A stretch of 64,000 nt of DNA. It comes from Octopus vulgaris. Taxonomy: Eukaryota. How positions within the stretch are numbered: the first letter of the stretch is position 1; each line of letters opens with the position of its first letter. The stretch covers positions 22,258,001 through 22,322,000 of the forward strand of contig OX597834.1 in assembly GCA_951406725.2 (NCBI GenBank), written 5' to 3'. The position numbers were made by a program, and so were the translations under genes. Shown here one piece after another: positions 25,709 through 38,343 of this stretch. The notes below the pieces were generated by a model. That model did not search any database. It was not told where the DNA came from and saw nothing but the letters and a program-made list of their open reading frames with translations.

Positions 25709-26962
25709 ATATAAATATATATATATATCATCCTCATTATTTAACATCCATATTCCATGCTGACTGGGAAGGTTTGACAGGATCTGGTGAATCAGAGGGC
25801 TGTGTTGTGCTCCTGTGTCAGCTTTGGCATGGTTTCTACAACTGGATGTCCTTCCTTACACCAACCACTTCACAGTGTATACAAGAAATATATATATTAT
25901 GACCCTCCACCACTCCACCACCAATTCCAATTTTTGATGAGGAAATTGCTTTTAATAACCTTGTCATATATTTATATACAACAGTCACATTTTGAGGATT
26001 CCATTATTTCCCTCTGTCAACACACACAGACATACTTTGCTTATCTCTCTTTCTCTCTCTCTCTCTCTCTCATTCCTCCATCTTCAAAAACACACACATA
26101 CACACACCACGGGGGTGCCTGTAAGTGGTTACTCGACCTGCTGTAAACAACAGTGCAGCTCTCCTTTTCCTTTAAGCCCTGCCCCCCCCCTCCGTTTTGT
26201 TGTCTCAGACAAGGAGAAGAAGCATTTAAAACAGCAGTTCTCAAACTTAGAAATACCCACCTCAACCCCCACCTTTCTCCACCCCCACCCCCCACCAAAA
26301 TAGTGAAGAAAATTCTTTACCCACCACCCTTACCATCACAAGACAGAATATTGTCACAAGACATTCATATATAAATTCATTTTCAGCCATGATGTTGGAC
26401 AAGGTTTTTAAAGGGATTAGAAGCCATTTTAGTTTTATTCAACCCTGGCACTTTGCCTCCCACCACCACCTCCCCCGCCTTGTTTCAATCATACAGGGGC
26501 AGGCGGTGCGGGTGGGGGTTCTTCCCCTAACGCCACCCTCTGAGAAACCCTTGCATTACATTATGAGGTCCTGGAGACAGTGCCTGGGGGTAAAAGAATA
26601 TAGAAAAAAAAAAAACAGATGGTCACAGCTTGAACATCTCTACATCATTAGGCTCGTCTGCTCAGGCAGAGCTCTGACTCGGGGCTAAACGACAACACGC
26701 TTGCACAGGCGCACACTTACATGTGCATGCATGCACAGCGGCAGATTAATTTGTAAGAATCTTTATAATTAAACATTGACAATGACATTTATCGACTGCT
26801 GGAGGCCCTGCAATTCTTCGTATTCCTGTTCGCTGTTTCATCCTGCGTTCTCAATGGCCTCGCCACAATGATCACCGAGAGACCCTCCGCATGATCTCTG
26901 TCTATTAAGAATAACAGCGTGATTAACCTCATATCGCACCTTACCATCTTATAAAATCATAT

Positions 26963-27135
26963 AGGCGCAGGAGTGGCTGCGTGGTAAGTAGCTTGCTAAC
27001 CAACCACATGGTTCCGGGTTCAGTCCCACTGCGTGGCATCTTGGGCAAGTGTCTTCTACTGTAGCCCCGGGCCAACCAATGCCTTGTGAGTGGATTTGGT
27101 AGACGGAAACTGAAAGAAGCCTGTCGTATATATGC

Positions 27136-27167
<32 letters not shown>

Positions 27168-27376
27168 CTGTGTTTGTCCTCCTAGCATTGCTTGACAACC
27201 GATGCTGGTGTGTTTACGTCCCCGTCACTTAGCGGTTCGGCAAAAGAGACCGATAGAATAAGTACTGGGCTTACAAACGAATAAGTCCCGGGGTCGATTT
27301 GCTCGACTAAAGGCGGTGCTCCAGCATGGCCGCACTCAAATGACTGAAACAAGTAAAAGAGTATAAAAGAGAGTAA
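26963..27376 (+). mobile_element. SINE family A, full length, among the youngest copies
   Basis: Intact head GGCGCAGGAGTGGCTGCGTGGTAAG / GGTTCAGTCCC, CpGs retained, (AGTAAAAG)-like tail repeats. Confidence 0.92.
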
Positions 27377-27521
27377 GTGTGACTTTCAGAAACCTTTTTT
27401 TTTTTCATGCTCAGAACTGCATGAAATAAATTACCTGCTTCGGATTTTACCTGTCAGGACACTGCATCCTTCAAATAATTCCATGCTTCTTGAAATTTAC
27501 CAGTATTACTCTTGTCATAAA

Positions 27522-28200
27522 TCGGTGAGCTGACAGAGATGTTAGCACGCCTGGCGAAATGCTTGGCAGTATTTCGTCCGTCTTTACGTTCTGAGTTCAA
27601 ATTCCGCCGAGGTCAACTTTGCCTTTCATCCTTTCAGGGTCGATAAATTAAGTACCAGTTGCATACTGGGGTCGATCTAATCGACTGGCCCCCTCTCCTC
27701 CAAAATTTCGGGCCTTTGATGTCCCACAATCATCTGTTGCTCTTGTGGCAAATAAACGACATCATCATCATCCTCATCATCATCATCTTCTTCTTCTTGA
27801 CTCAGGATTGCTTTTATTTCTGGTGGAATTTATGTAGATAGCGGATTACTACCTGTAACCTTAGATATCAACATGATTTTAGTAAGCCATCAAGTGTCCA
27901 AGAACCTTCCAATGGTCTTCCTTCTTCCCATCACCATCATCATCATCAACAACAACATTATTATTACTATTATTATTAAGGTGGCAAGTTGGCAGACTTG
28001 TTAGCAAACTGGGCAAAATGCCTAGTGGTGTGTCATCTATCTTTATATTCCGAGTTCAAATTCCGCCAAGGTCAGCTTTTTCTTTTTATCCTTTCAGAGT
28101 CAATAAAATAAGTACTAGTTGAGTACTAGGGTCAATATAATCAACTAGTCCCCTCCATCAAAATTTCAGACCTTGTACCTTTAGTAAAATGGGGTATTAT
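27522..28200 (+). mobile_element. Two SINE B copies (27522-27717 and 27977-28200)
   Basis: GGTGAGCTGACAGA...GAGTTCAAATTCCGCCGAGGTC...GCCTTTCATCCTTTC...AAGTACCAG. Confidence 0.85.
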
Positions 28201-28564
28201 TATTATTATTATTAATTTTAAAAGCAGCTAGACAGGCACCTTGCAGCAGGACAGTCATGGCTAGAACGCTTTTAATCACAAAGCCTGCTCAATAGGGTCT
28301 GACCTGGGGCTAAATAACAACCCCAGCCACCATAGTTACCACAAACACTGTTGCCTTAGCCACTACATTAGTATACTATGTCAGTAGAAAATTATGACAG
28401 GTGATTGACAGGTGAGTACTTGGCTAATGATCTTTCTACTGAATAGCTTTTACCAAACAATGAGGGGTAAATCAGTACACAGAACCTGTAGTTCCTGCTT
28501 AAATATCATAAACATACTCAGACAATCAATGCTAAGATTATACCATGAGGCGGGAGGAGGGGAC

Positions 28565-28937
28565 TATATATATATATATATAGAGGGAGACAGACAGACA
28601 GACAGACATGTACTTGTATGTACATGTGTTTGTGTGTATGTATATGTGTGGGTGGGTGTGTGTGTGTATATATATATATGTATGTATGTATGTATATATA
28701 TACACATATATATATATATATGTAAGGGGGGGAAGGTATACGAAAATAAACTAAATATATATATGTGTATATATATATATATATATATAAATATGTATAT
28801 ATATATGTGTATATATATGTGTGTATATATATATATGTATATATATGTATGTATATATGTGTGTGTGTATATATATATGCACACACACACACCTGTTTAT
28901 CCAGCTCTCTAGCAATCTTACCCTCATTCTCTCTATT

Positions 28938-29010
<73 letters not shown>
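28565..29010. repeat. (TA)n/(TG)n microsatellite
   Basis: Visible directly in the sequence. Confidence 0.95.
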
Positions 29011-29145
29011 AATCATTCCTGTAACCTCTGACTGCCATGCTGGCTTGGGTTGGACAGTTTGACAGGTCCAGGGTCCGCATCATGCTCCACTGGCAGTTTT
29101 GGTTAACCAAAAGTTTAAAATAACAACCCGTGTATCATACTAAAT

Positions 29146-29290
29146 GCAGACACATCATGGAAGGCCAAAATTTGTTTGGAGATAATATCCGATATATTTT
29201 TTGTGTTACTCAACACAGTACTTCAATAAGAGATATTATTATCACCTGACAAATCCTTCAGTGCATTTTGGCCTTCCACGACGCCTTTGC
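29146..29290. mobile_element. Foldback/MITE-like imperfect palindrome
   Basis: CATCATGGAAGGCCAAAAT (29153) pairs with ATTTTGGCCTTCCACGACG (29265-29283); inner arms TTTGTTTGGAGATAATATC / GATATTATTATCACCTGACAAA. Confidence 0.65.
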
Positions 29291-29291
29291 T

Positions 29292-29500
29292 TGAACCCTT
29301 TAGCATTCAGATTATTTGGTCAAATGTAATCTTTATTTATTCACACTGCTTTGAATGAATCAATCATAACCTCGTAGCTTCAAGATTCCGATGATGTGTT
29401 TGTTTGTTTTTAGAATGACATTTTAGGGTAAGTGTAAGAGGCCAGATCTGAAAATTTTGATCACAAAACAGGCAGACCAAATATTCCTGGCTTAAATGAT
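29292..29500. mobile_element. piggyBac-type MITE, family E (decayed)
   Basis: TGAACCCTTTAGCATTCAGATT start; reverse-homologous to 45524-45748. Confidence 0.65.
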
Positions 29501-29614
29501 ATGCAGATTGCTATTTTATACTACGGGTGGGGACCAGGACTGGATTAAGACTCATAGAGGACCTTTGTGCATAAGAAAATGGTGGTGCTCCCCTATATAT
29601 ATATATATATATAT

Positions 29615-29958
29615 CATCATCATCATTTAACGTCCGCTTTCCATGGGTTGGACGGTTCAACTGGGGTCTGGGAAGCCAGAAGGCTGCACCAGGCCCAGTC
29701 TGATCTGGCAGTGTTTCTACAGCTGGATGCCCTTCCTAACGCCAACCACTCCGGGAGTGTAGTAGGTGCTTTTTACGTGCCACCCACACAGGTGCCAAAC
29801 GAGGCTGGCAAACGGTCACGATCAGATGGTGCTTTTTACGTGCCACTGGCACGGATGCCAGTCAGGGCGGCGCTGGCTACGGCCACGTTCGGATGGTTCT
29901 CTTATGTGCCACTGGCAATGGTATCACAGCTACAAATTCCATTGATGTTGATCGATTC
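29615..29958 (-). mobile_element. Retroposon family C
   Basis: Reverse copy of 1005-1354 with repeated GGTGCTTTTTACGTGCCAC modules. Confidence 0.8.
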
Positions 29959-30191
29959 AAAGTATAAACAATAATAAACCATAAAATACATTATTATTTT
30001 TCAAAATGTAAACAAAACTAACAATAAGATGGAAAATAATGGTTCTTTTTGTATACTTCCATTTCATTTATATTTGAAAAAAGTTTTCTACTTTATTTTT
30101 GTAAGAGCAGAGTCTTTGATCGGATCCTCCCAATGACACCATGACCATTTCGAAATTATATTTCCAATCATATGAACCGCTTCAAATATTA

Positions 30192-30606
30192 TACTCTTTA
30201 CTCTTTTACTTGTTTCAGTCATTTGACTGCAGCCATGCTGGAGCACCGCCTATAGTCGATCAAATCGACCCCAGGACTTATTCTTTGTAAGCCTAGTACT
30301 TATTCTATCGGTCACTTTTACCGAACCGCTAAGTTACGGGGACGTAAACACACTAGCATCGGTTGTCACGCAGTGTTGGTCGGAAAAACATATACACACA
30401 CATATACATACACACACATATATATATACATATATATATACGAACCGGGCTTCTTTCAGTTTCCGTCTACCAAATCCACTCACAAGGCTTTGGTCGGCCC
30501 AAGGCTATAGTAGAAGACACTTGCCCAAGATGCCACGCAGTGGGATTGAACCCGGAACCATGTGGTTGGTAAGCAAGCTACTTACCACACAGCCACTCCT
30601 GTGCCT
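30192..30606 (-). mobile_element. SINE family A, full length
   Basis: Reverse complement of 26963-27376. Confidence 0.9.
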
Positions 30607-31214
30607 ATGTCAGGAAGTCTAGAGTGATTTCATTTTGTGCTGTACACCATTTACCATTTCTGCAATACCATCCCTCCTCTCTTTCCTTGATGCCCTAAGC
30701 ACGTGCTTCTTTTGCATAATGGTTAATCCAGCACTGATAAGGACGTAAGAACAATAGGGGAAGGTGGGTAGAGTGGGGGGTGTGGTTTGAGATTGGGCAG
30801 GAGTGGGCTGCTCCTAGGGGCTAAATGTCCGCACCACCAATAGAAGGCCTTTCAAACAGTTGGCCAGTGCTATTACGCTTTCTCTGTACTTACCTGTTGC
30901 AACATGTGTAGTTATGTTCCCTAATTGGCCAGAATCTCGTACAGGTAGGAAGACTACACACCTTGTTGAAACACCGAAACCTCCTCTTCTTTCTCTTCCT
31001 TCTCCTCCTCTTCCGCACACTTGGCCTGTTTTATGGAACGTTGAACAACATTTAGAATTCTGCAGTGCTTTCCAGATATTTTTTTCTTTTTTTGGTTTTT
31101 TTTTTACAAAAATAGCAGAAATAACTAAAACAGTGTGTGTTTGTGTGTGTACAGGCAGACACACACACACACACGCTCACACAAGTGCTCATGCATACAG
31201 ATGTACACACACAC

Positions 31215-31254
<40 letters not shown>

Positions 31255-31290
31255 TATATATATATGTGACCGTATGTGCATATGTATAAG

Positions 31291-31323
<33 letters not shown>

Positions 31324-32179
31324 CATACGCACATACAGTCACATACACTTATATATACAGTGCATACAGATGTACACACATACATAAATATATATATATA
31401 TATATATATACAAATATATATATATTTATATATATATATATATATATTCTTATACATACGCACATACGGTCACATACACTTATATATACAGACACAAACA
31501 CGTACGCATGTATACAAGCAAGCTCACACACACGTGCATATACGCACGCACACACACACAGACATGTGCACAAAGTAAGAACATCTGTAAACAAACAGGA
31601 AAATATGTAAGAAAAACCAGTGAAAAGCAGCTGGTTCCCAGTTTTTGTTTTCTTTCATTTTATCTGTGTTTGTTTACCAATGTTTGTGTGTGTGTGTGTG
31701 TGTGCACTTGTGACTGCAACCTATGTCTGTGTGTGTGTATACATATAGGGAGAGAGAGAGAGACAGACAGACAGATGGCTATATGTACTTATACACTTGT
31801 AGGTGTGAGTTTGTTTTTTGTGTTTGTATGTATGTTAAAGGTATGTATATATTTGTGTGTGTGTGGTTCAAATTTGTACAAAAAGTAAAAAAAAAAAAAC
31901 ACAGACATATGGTGGTGCCCCAGCATGGCCATGGCCTTCGGGCTAAAACATTTTTAAGGATATGAGGGAATGACAAACAAGGTGTATTAGTTTGACACTC
32001 AGAAAAAATGGAAAATGTCTTTATTTTGAGCATATATATATAGTGTCTATGTTTTCGTTTCTCATTGTGTTCAACGTCCTTTTGGTGTCCTGTACTCATA
32101 TATGCGTGTATATGTACATGTAGAGGTAGGTACGTACATATATGTTTATATATATGCATATATTTTATTTTATTTATTA

Positions 32180-32226
<47 letters not shown>

Positions 32227-32261
32227 CAGGAGACAATTGTCTACCTATCTATATATCTGTA

Positions 32262-32317
<56 letters not shown>

Positions 32318-32440
32318 GTATATATATATATATTGTATTAGGAAGGGCATCCAGCCATAGACACCATGTCAGCATGGAGAAGACAGACATTAATTGATGG
32401 TGATAGTATGTGTGTATTTATATAGATAGATATATGCATT

Positions 32441-32485
<45 letters not shown>

Positions 32486-32687
32486 AGTGGTGCAAGCGGA
32501 ATCTTTCCCCTGAAACTTTGGCCCTTCAGTCACTCTGTAATTTCAACAGATTATTAAACTGAACGTGTCTGCATGTGCACATGTGTGTGTGTCTGCATAT
32601 ATGTATAGAGCATGTTAAGAAACCTGACTCCTTAATAAATTAATTACATGTTCAGGATGTTAATGTATTGCTATAAGTACATGCATG

Positions 32688-32738
<51 letters not shown>

Positions 32739-33884
32739 TGTATACTTTCCTCTTCAAAATCACCCACCCAGACACACATAAGGGTGGTAGAGGCGAAGAT
32801 GGAGATTGGGGGGGGGGGAGTGACGCAGGGTGTTATTAATGGTGAGGGTAGTGATGGGTGGAGAAGGTTGTGTTCTTCACATTCCTCTTCACCACCACCC
32901 CACCCCACCCCCCACCGCCGCCGCCATCCGAGCTCATCCTGGTTGTGTTCAGGCTCATTTCAACAACAGAATGAAGTCACGTCTCCTTGGTCACAGGATG
33001 GAGTGCAAGAATTAGTCAGTTCTCTGAGGGTCTGAGGAGATCTGAAAACTCAACGAGGTTGTGTTTCGTGCAGGTAAGTGAAACTTACCTGCGTAGCATA
33101 CACAGCATATAAAGAATCTGATTTGAGCGGAGTGGGGTGGGGTGGGGTGGAGGAAAGAAGGCATTGTGGGGGGTGGGAACGTAGTGGGGTGGGGGGCTGT
33201 TTACCTTGGAATGGTCCCAGGGAGAAATATGTGATGAAGTACGCAAACTCTCTGAGAGACTTTTGTACATACTTGTGCAATGATCATGCACCTCACTCAC
33301 ACACATCCATACACACATAAAATGATTCCATACACACACACAGCTATATATACTACATACGCACACTCCTATATACATACACACATGGGCATTCATGCAT
33401 GGATGCATTCATCTGTATATACATAAATAGCTATATACATACAAGCATACATACGCTCACATGCACATATATACTTAGTGTTCACCCCTTATCTCTCTCT
33501 CGCTCTCTCTCTGTAATGAGCCACACTAACTTCCTGTGGGACATGGGTACCTACATCTACCTTACTTTGATCCCTACACAAGCATACGTACACTTCCTCA
33601 TATCTCTCTTTGTCTCCCTCCACACACACCACACCACACACACACACACACACGCACACACACACACCACACACACACATGTTTTGCAGAACAAACAGGA
33701 GAAATAGAAGTACATGAGTATTTATACTTTATTATTTTTTTAACTATTAGCCCTTGAGTCACTTTGTAACTCTCTGCTGATTAATAATAATAATAATAAC
33801 AATAATAATAATAATGATGATGATGATATATTCAACAGTTTATTTCTGTGTCTTTCTAGCCACCGTCTCCATATGTCATCTCTA

Positions 33885-34090
33885 TACCTATCTATCTGTC
33901 TATCTATCTATTTATCTGTCTATCTATCTATCTATCTGTCTATCTCTCTATCCATCTATCTATCTATCTATCTATCAGTCTCTATCTCTCTCCCTCCCTA
34001 TCTATTTACTTCTCTATCCATCCATCTATCTCTATTTGTCTCCATCTCCATCTATCTACCTCTCTGTCCATCTCTCCACCCATCTCTCTT
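33885..34090. repeat. (TCTA)n-like tetranucleotide repeat
   Basis: Degenerate TATC/TGTC/TCCA units. Confidence 0.9.
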
Positions 34091-34399
34091 AGCTAAGATA
34101 AAAGAGTATTTATATACAAGTTATCCATTGTAACAGCAATAGACAGAATTATGTCGACATTAAACAAGAGTTTTCTACATGAATACCCAAAAACATATTC
34201 CATTGAGAATCAACAATATTCGATCTATTTATTGTTTTTCACTCATATAGTTTTTGCTTTCCTATATATTTTTTCATCTCCTCGCACTCATCCATCTGTC
34301 ATCAGAAAAACAAAGATCAACTAAATAGAAATAACATCAACTACAATTTTTGGTGACTTCTGGATTGGTACAGTTGTTGCAGCATTGAGGGATTGCAGC

Positions 34400-35195
34400 A
34401 ATGTGTGTGGTGGTATATAGTTGTGACTTGCGGCACTCTACACATTCTGAGTTCAATTTCTGTCATGGTCAGCTTTGGTCTTTTGGGAACATTTATTAAA
34501 TTTATTTTTTTTATGTATTTATTTATTCGGAGGTCAATTAAAATAAAGTACCAGTAAAATACTGGGGTTACTTTAATCAACTACGCCCTCACCTTAAATT
34601 TCTGTGAGAAATTATGGGGGATGGGGACTGGCAGATGCTGGACACAATGCACTGCAGTATTTAGGTATTTAGCTATAACACTTTATACTCTGAGTTCAAA
34701 TCTCAACAAGGTCAACTTTGGTTGGGGGTTTTTTTTCCCTTTTTGTTTTTTGTTAATTCATTAAGAGCCAGTAATACACAGTACCAGTTAAACACTGGGG
34801 CTGATTAATCAACAACACTCCTTGCCCTAAATTTCTAGCCTTGTCCCCTATGTTAGAAATTATGAGGACAATATTTTTAGTAGAATTTTTACAAGTCTCT
34901 CCTACCATCGCCCCTGACAACCAAAGTCTAGTGAGTGGATTTGATAGATGGAAACTGAAAGAAGCCTCTGTGTGTTTGTTTTTCCATGTGATTGTTATAA
35001 ATGAATGTCATTCGTTTCCAATATTCTGCAAAATTTTATATGACCAGGGAAGAAAAAAAATCACCTTGCTTTGAAACAGGTGATGGTTGGTGACAGGATG
35101 GGCATCTATCTGGATACAGAAAATATGCCTCATGAAATTCCATCCGACATATGCAAACATGGATGAGTGAACGTTAAAACAGCAATGATGATGAC
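34400..35195 (+). mobile_element. Two degenerate SINE B copies, then SINE A with tail type 2 (34915-35195)
   Basis: The A body GTGAGTGGATTTGATAGATGGAAACTGAAAGAAG continues into GGTTGGTGACAGGATGGGCATC...ACGTTAAAAC...(GAT)n. Confidence 0.7.
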
Positions 35196-35599
35196 TATAA
35201 GGGGGGGAGAGAGAGGAGGGCGAAACCCTCTAAAAAGAGATTTGTAAAAAAAAAAGAAGAAAAAAAGTGTATAATAGGGGATTTGTCAGAAAGAAGCATA
35301 AGCTTTTTGAATTTCTAGGGTGAAATATTGGAAACAGTTTTGTGATGACAATGATGGTGATGATGATGATGATGACAGTGATGATGATCAAAGTGCCATT
35401 GTGAAGAACATTAGCTGCATAATTGATGTAAAATGGCTTCATGTGGCAGGAATGAAAACCACATCACACAGATTCCTCCTCTTCCTTGCCCACCACCCCA
35501 GATTCTCTGTAAACAATGGTGGTAATGGGGATAATTTCTAAACTCTTTACTGCAGCAACAACAAAAGATTAATGGAGTTAAGCTCATCAGCCGTAAAAC

Positions 35600-35687
35600 A
35601 TATATATATATATATATACACACACACCCACACACACATATATATATATATACTCCCATCATACATTATACACATGTATGCATAGAT

Positions 35688-35722
<35 letters not shown>

Positions 35723-35758
35723 CAATATATATTTGTGTGTGTATGTGCAAAACTCTAA

Positions 35759-35814
<56 letters not shown>

Positions 35815-35955
35815 TATATATACGTGTGTGTATATGTATATATATATATATATATATATGTCATGTTTGTGTGCATTTATACCATGCTTTTGTGTGTTAT
35901 ATATGTCATGTATGTATATATGTGTGTGTGTGTATTATGTATGTGTGTGTGACAC
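35600..35955. repeat. (TA)n/(CA)n/(TG)n microsatellite
   Basis: Visible directly in the sequence. Confidence 0.95.
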
Positions 35956-36824
35956 ATTCATACACTCTAGATTAATACCTTGTAAACTTGTTTACATTTT
36001 TCTCTTCCTTTTTCCCTCTTTTGTTTTCTCATTTCATATTGTTATTTTTATGTGCGGTGGGTGGAGGGTTAAATTCTTGGGTGGGGGTGTTAGATATTTT
36101 TGTTGTATTTTTTTGTATGTGTGTGTGTGTATTAGGGGAGGGATTTGTTTATATTTACCTCCAGCCAGCCAGCCAGCCATCCCACCAGCTATCACGTCCC
36201 CCTTTTATTTACAGTTATGGTTTTCCAGTGTGTTAATATCGAGTGATAATAACACCTCCACTACCACCACCAACCTCCTCTCTCCTTCTCTCTCTCTCTC
36301 TCCCTCCCTCTTGTACCATTATGCATGAAACCCATACAATGACGAGATTATGATACCCAGGAACGGTGCAGGTGAGGCAGTGGGGTGGCTGCTGTAGTGC
36401 TGTTGACAGTGAGATGGGAGGAAATTGAAGATTTAAAAACTATATCATATTGCAAGAGATTAGGGGGTTTATTGTATATCATTAGAAACCGGGTAGTGTG
36501 TGTGTGTGTCTGTGTGTCCTCTTGGTCACCCTTTTATGCCAGCCCCCTCCACTTCCTTTTCTTTTTTCATATATACATATATACCCTTACATGCACACAC
36601 ACACATACATGTGTATGTATATATATATATGTATATATACATACCTGGTTATAAAGTGCTAAGGGCTTTGTCTCTCTTTATAATCTTCTTCACATGGCCC
36701 TGTTTCCTGTCAGATCCTTTTCATTACCATCATCCTCGTCAACATAACCCCTCAATTATTATTATTATTATTAAGCTAGTACATGTCACACCACTTCATT
36801 ATAAGAAATAAAAACCCGCTATTA

Positions 36825-37231
36825 GTTTTGCAGAACTGGGTAGTGCACCGGATAAAACGCCTCAGGGTATTTTGCTGTGTCACTCTACGTTTCTGAGTTC
36901 AAATCTTACCGAGGCCTTTCATCTTTCATCTCTCCAGGGTTGATAAAACAGAGCAACCAGAAAAGCCTTATGCTTTGTATAATCAGCTTGCTCCCTTCTC
37001 ACCTCCAATTTCTGGCCTCGTTGAATCATTAGCAAGCTGGACCTAATACTCAGCTGTATTTTTCTCCAGCTCTTTAGACTCTATGTTCAAATTCTGCTGA
37101 GGTCGACTTTGCTGTTCTTCCCTTTGGGGGGGGTCAGTAAAATTAATAAGATAAAGTACCAATCAAAAGTACTGGTGCCAGTGTAATCGACATAAACCCA
37201 GCTCTCTTAAATTTGTAAGCCTTGTGCCAAA

Positions 37232-37265
<34 letters not shown>
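36825..37265 (+). mobile_element. Two degenerate SINE B copies with (ATT)n tail
   Basis: TTCTGAGTTCAAATC and GAGGTCGACTTTGC motifs. Confidence 0.65.
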
Positions 37266-37268
<3 letters not shown>

Positions 37269-37518
37269 TCCAGCTAACTGTTGAAAAGACATTGGCATTG
37301 CCTTGGCAGTGGTTTGCACTCTCTGAGTGCTCTTGTTATTATTACCGTTATTATAAATTCTTTGTGTGTGTGAGGGAGAATGTATATATTTTTGCATGCA
37401 CTTATGTGTGTGTGTTTATATATATATATATGCATACTTACATACACATATATTTATATGATACATATAAATATATATATATATACACACACACATGTAT
37501 ATACAATATGTATATAAA

Positions 37519-37566
<48 letters not shown>

Positions 37567-37947
37567 TATGAAACCCTATTATATTACTAATACTTATTTC
37601 AGTGAAGCCAGAAGTGTGCAAAAAGATCAAAGCCAACACCCGCAGGGTTTGAACACCCAGCAAACAGCCAATCCTGATGAAACAAAAACTAGTTACTTGT
37701 CAATGCTTCTCCAACTCATTGCTTTCACCTATCCGCAACACCCCCAGCCACCCTTCCCCATCCACCTCATATACTATGTATAATCTTTTTAAATCTTTAT
37801 AAATTGCACCCCACCCTGCCACCCTCTTCTTCATTACCAACCCCTTATATCTCGTTTTTTTTTTTACTTATTATCTCCACATATCAGTCGGTCCTCTCTT
37901 TCGTCTTTCTCCTCCTCCTGGGTTTGATCAAATGCTTGCACATATTT

Positions 37948-38343
37948 GGGCGCAGGTGTGGACCTGTGGTAAGAAGTTGCTTCCCAACCACATGGTTCCG
38001 GGTTCAGTCCCACTGTGTGGCACCTTGGGCAAATGTCTTCTACTATAGCCTCAGGCTGACCAAAGCCTTCTTGAGTGGACTTGGTTGATGGAAACTGAAA
38101 GAAGTCCATCATGTATATCTGTGTCTGTGTTTGTCCCTCCCACCACCACCACTGCTTGACAACCAGTTTTGGTTTGTTTACATCCCCATAGCTTAGCAGT
38201 TCAGCAACAGAGAGCAATAGAATATGTATCAGGCTTTAATAAAAAAAAAAAATAGGTATTACAGTCAATTCATTTGACTGAACATTCTTCAAAGTAGTGC
38301 TCCAGCATGGCCACAGTCTAATGACTGAAACAAGTAAAAGATA
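37948..38343 (+). mobile_element. SINE family A, full length
   Basis: Head GGCGCAGGTGTGG..., CORE-like ACCTTGGGCAAATGTCTT, tail TGACTGAAACAAGTAAAAG. Confidence 0.88.

Larger units (their letters stand above)
29535..30736. mobile_element. hAT-type non-autonomous element hosting nested family C and SINE A insertions
   Basis: Terminal inverted repeats CAGGACTGGATTAAGAC / GGTTAATCCAGCACTG; 8-bp flanks GTGGGGAC and ATAAGGAC differ only by G/A transitions. Confidence 0.6.

Noticed and set aside
28405-28420. Isolated strong donor motifs (ACAG|GTGAGT here; minus-strand CAG|GTAAGT near 30890)
   Set aside because: No supportable exon or reading frame; such motifs are expected by chance in 64 kb.
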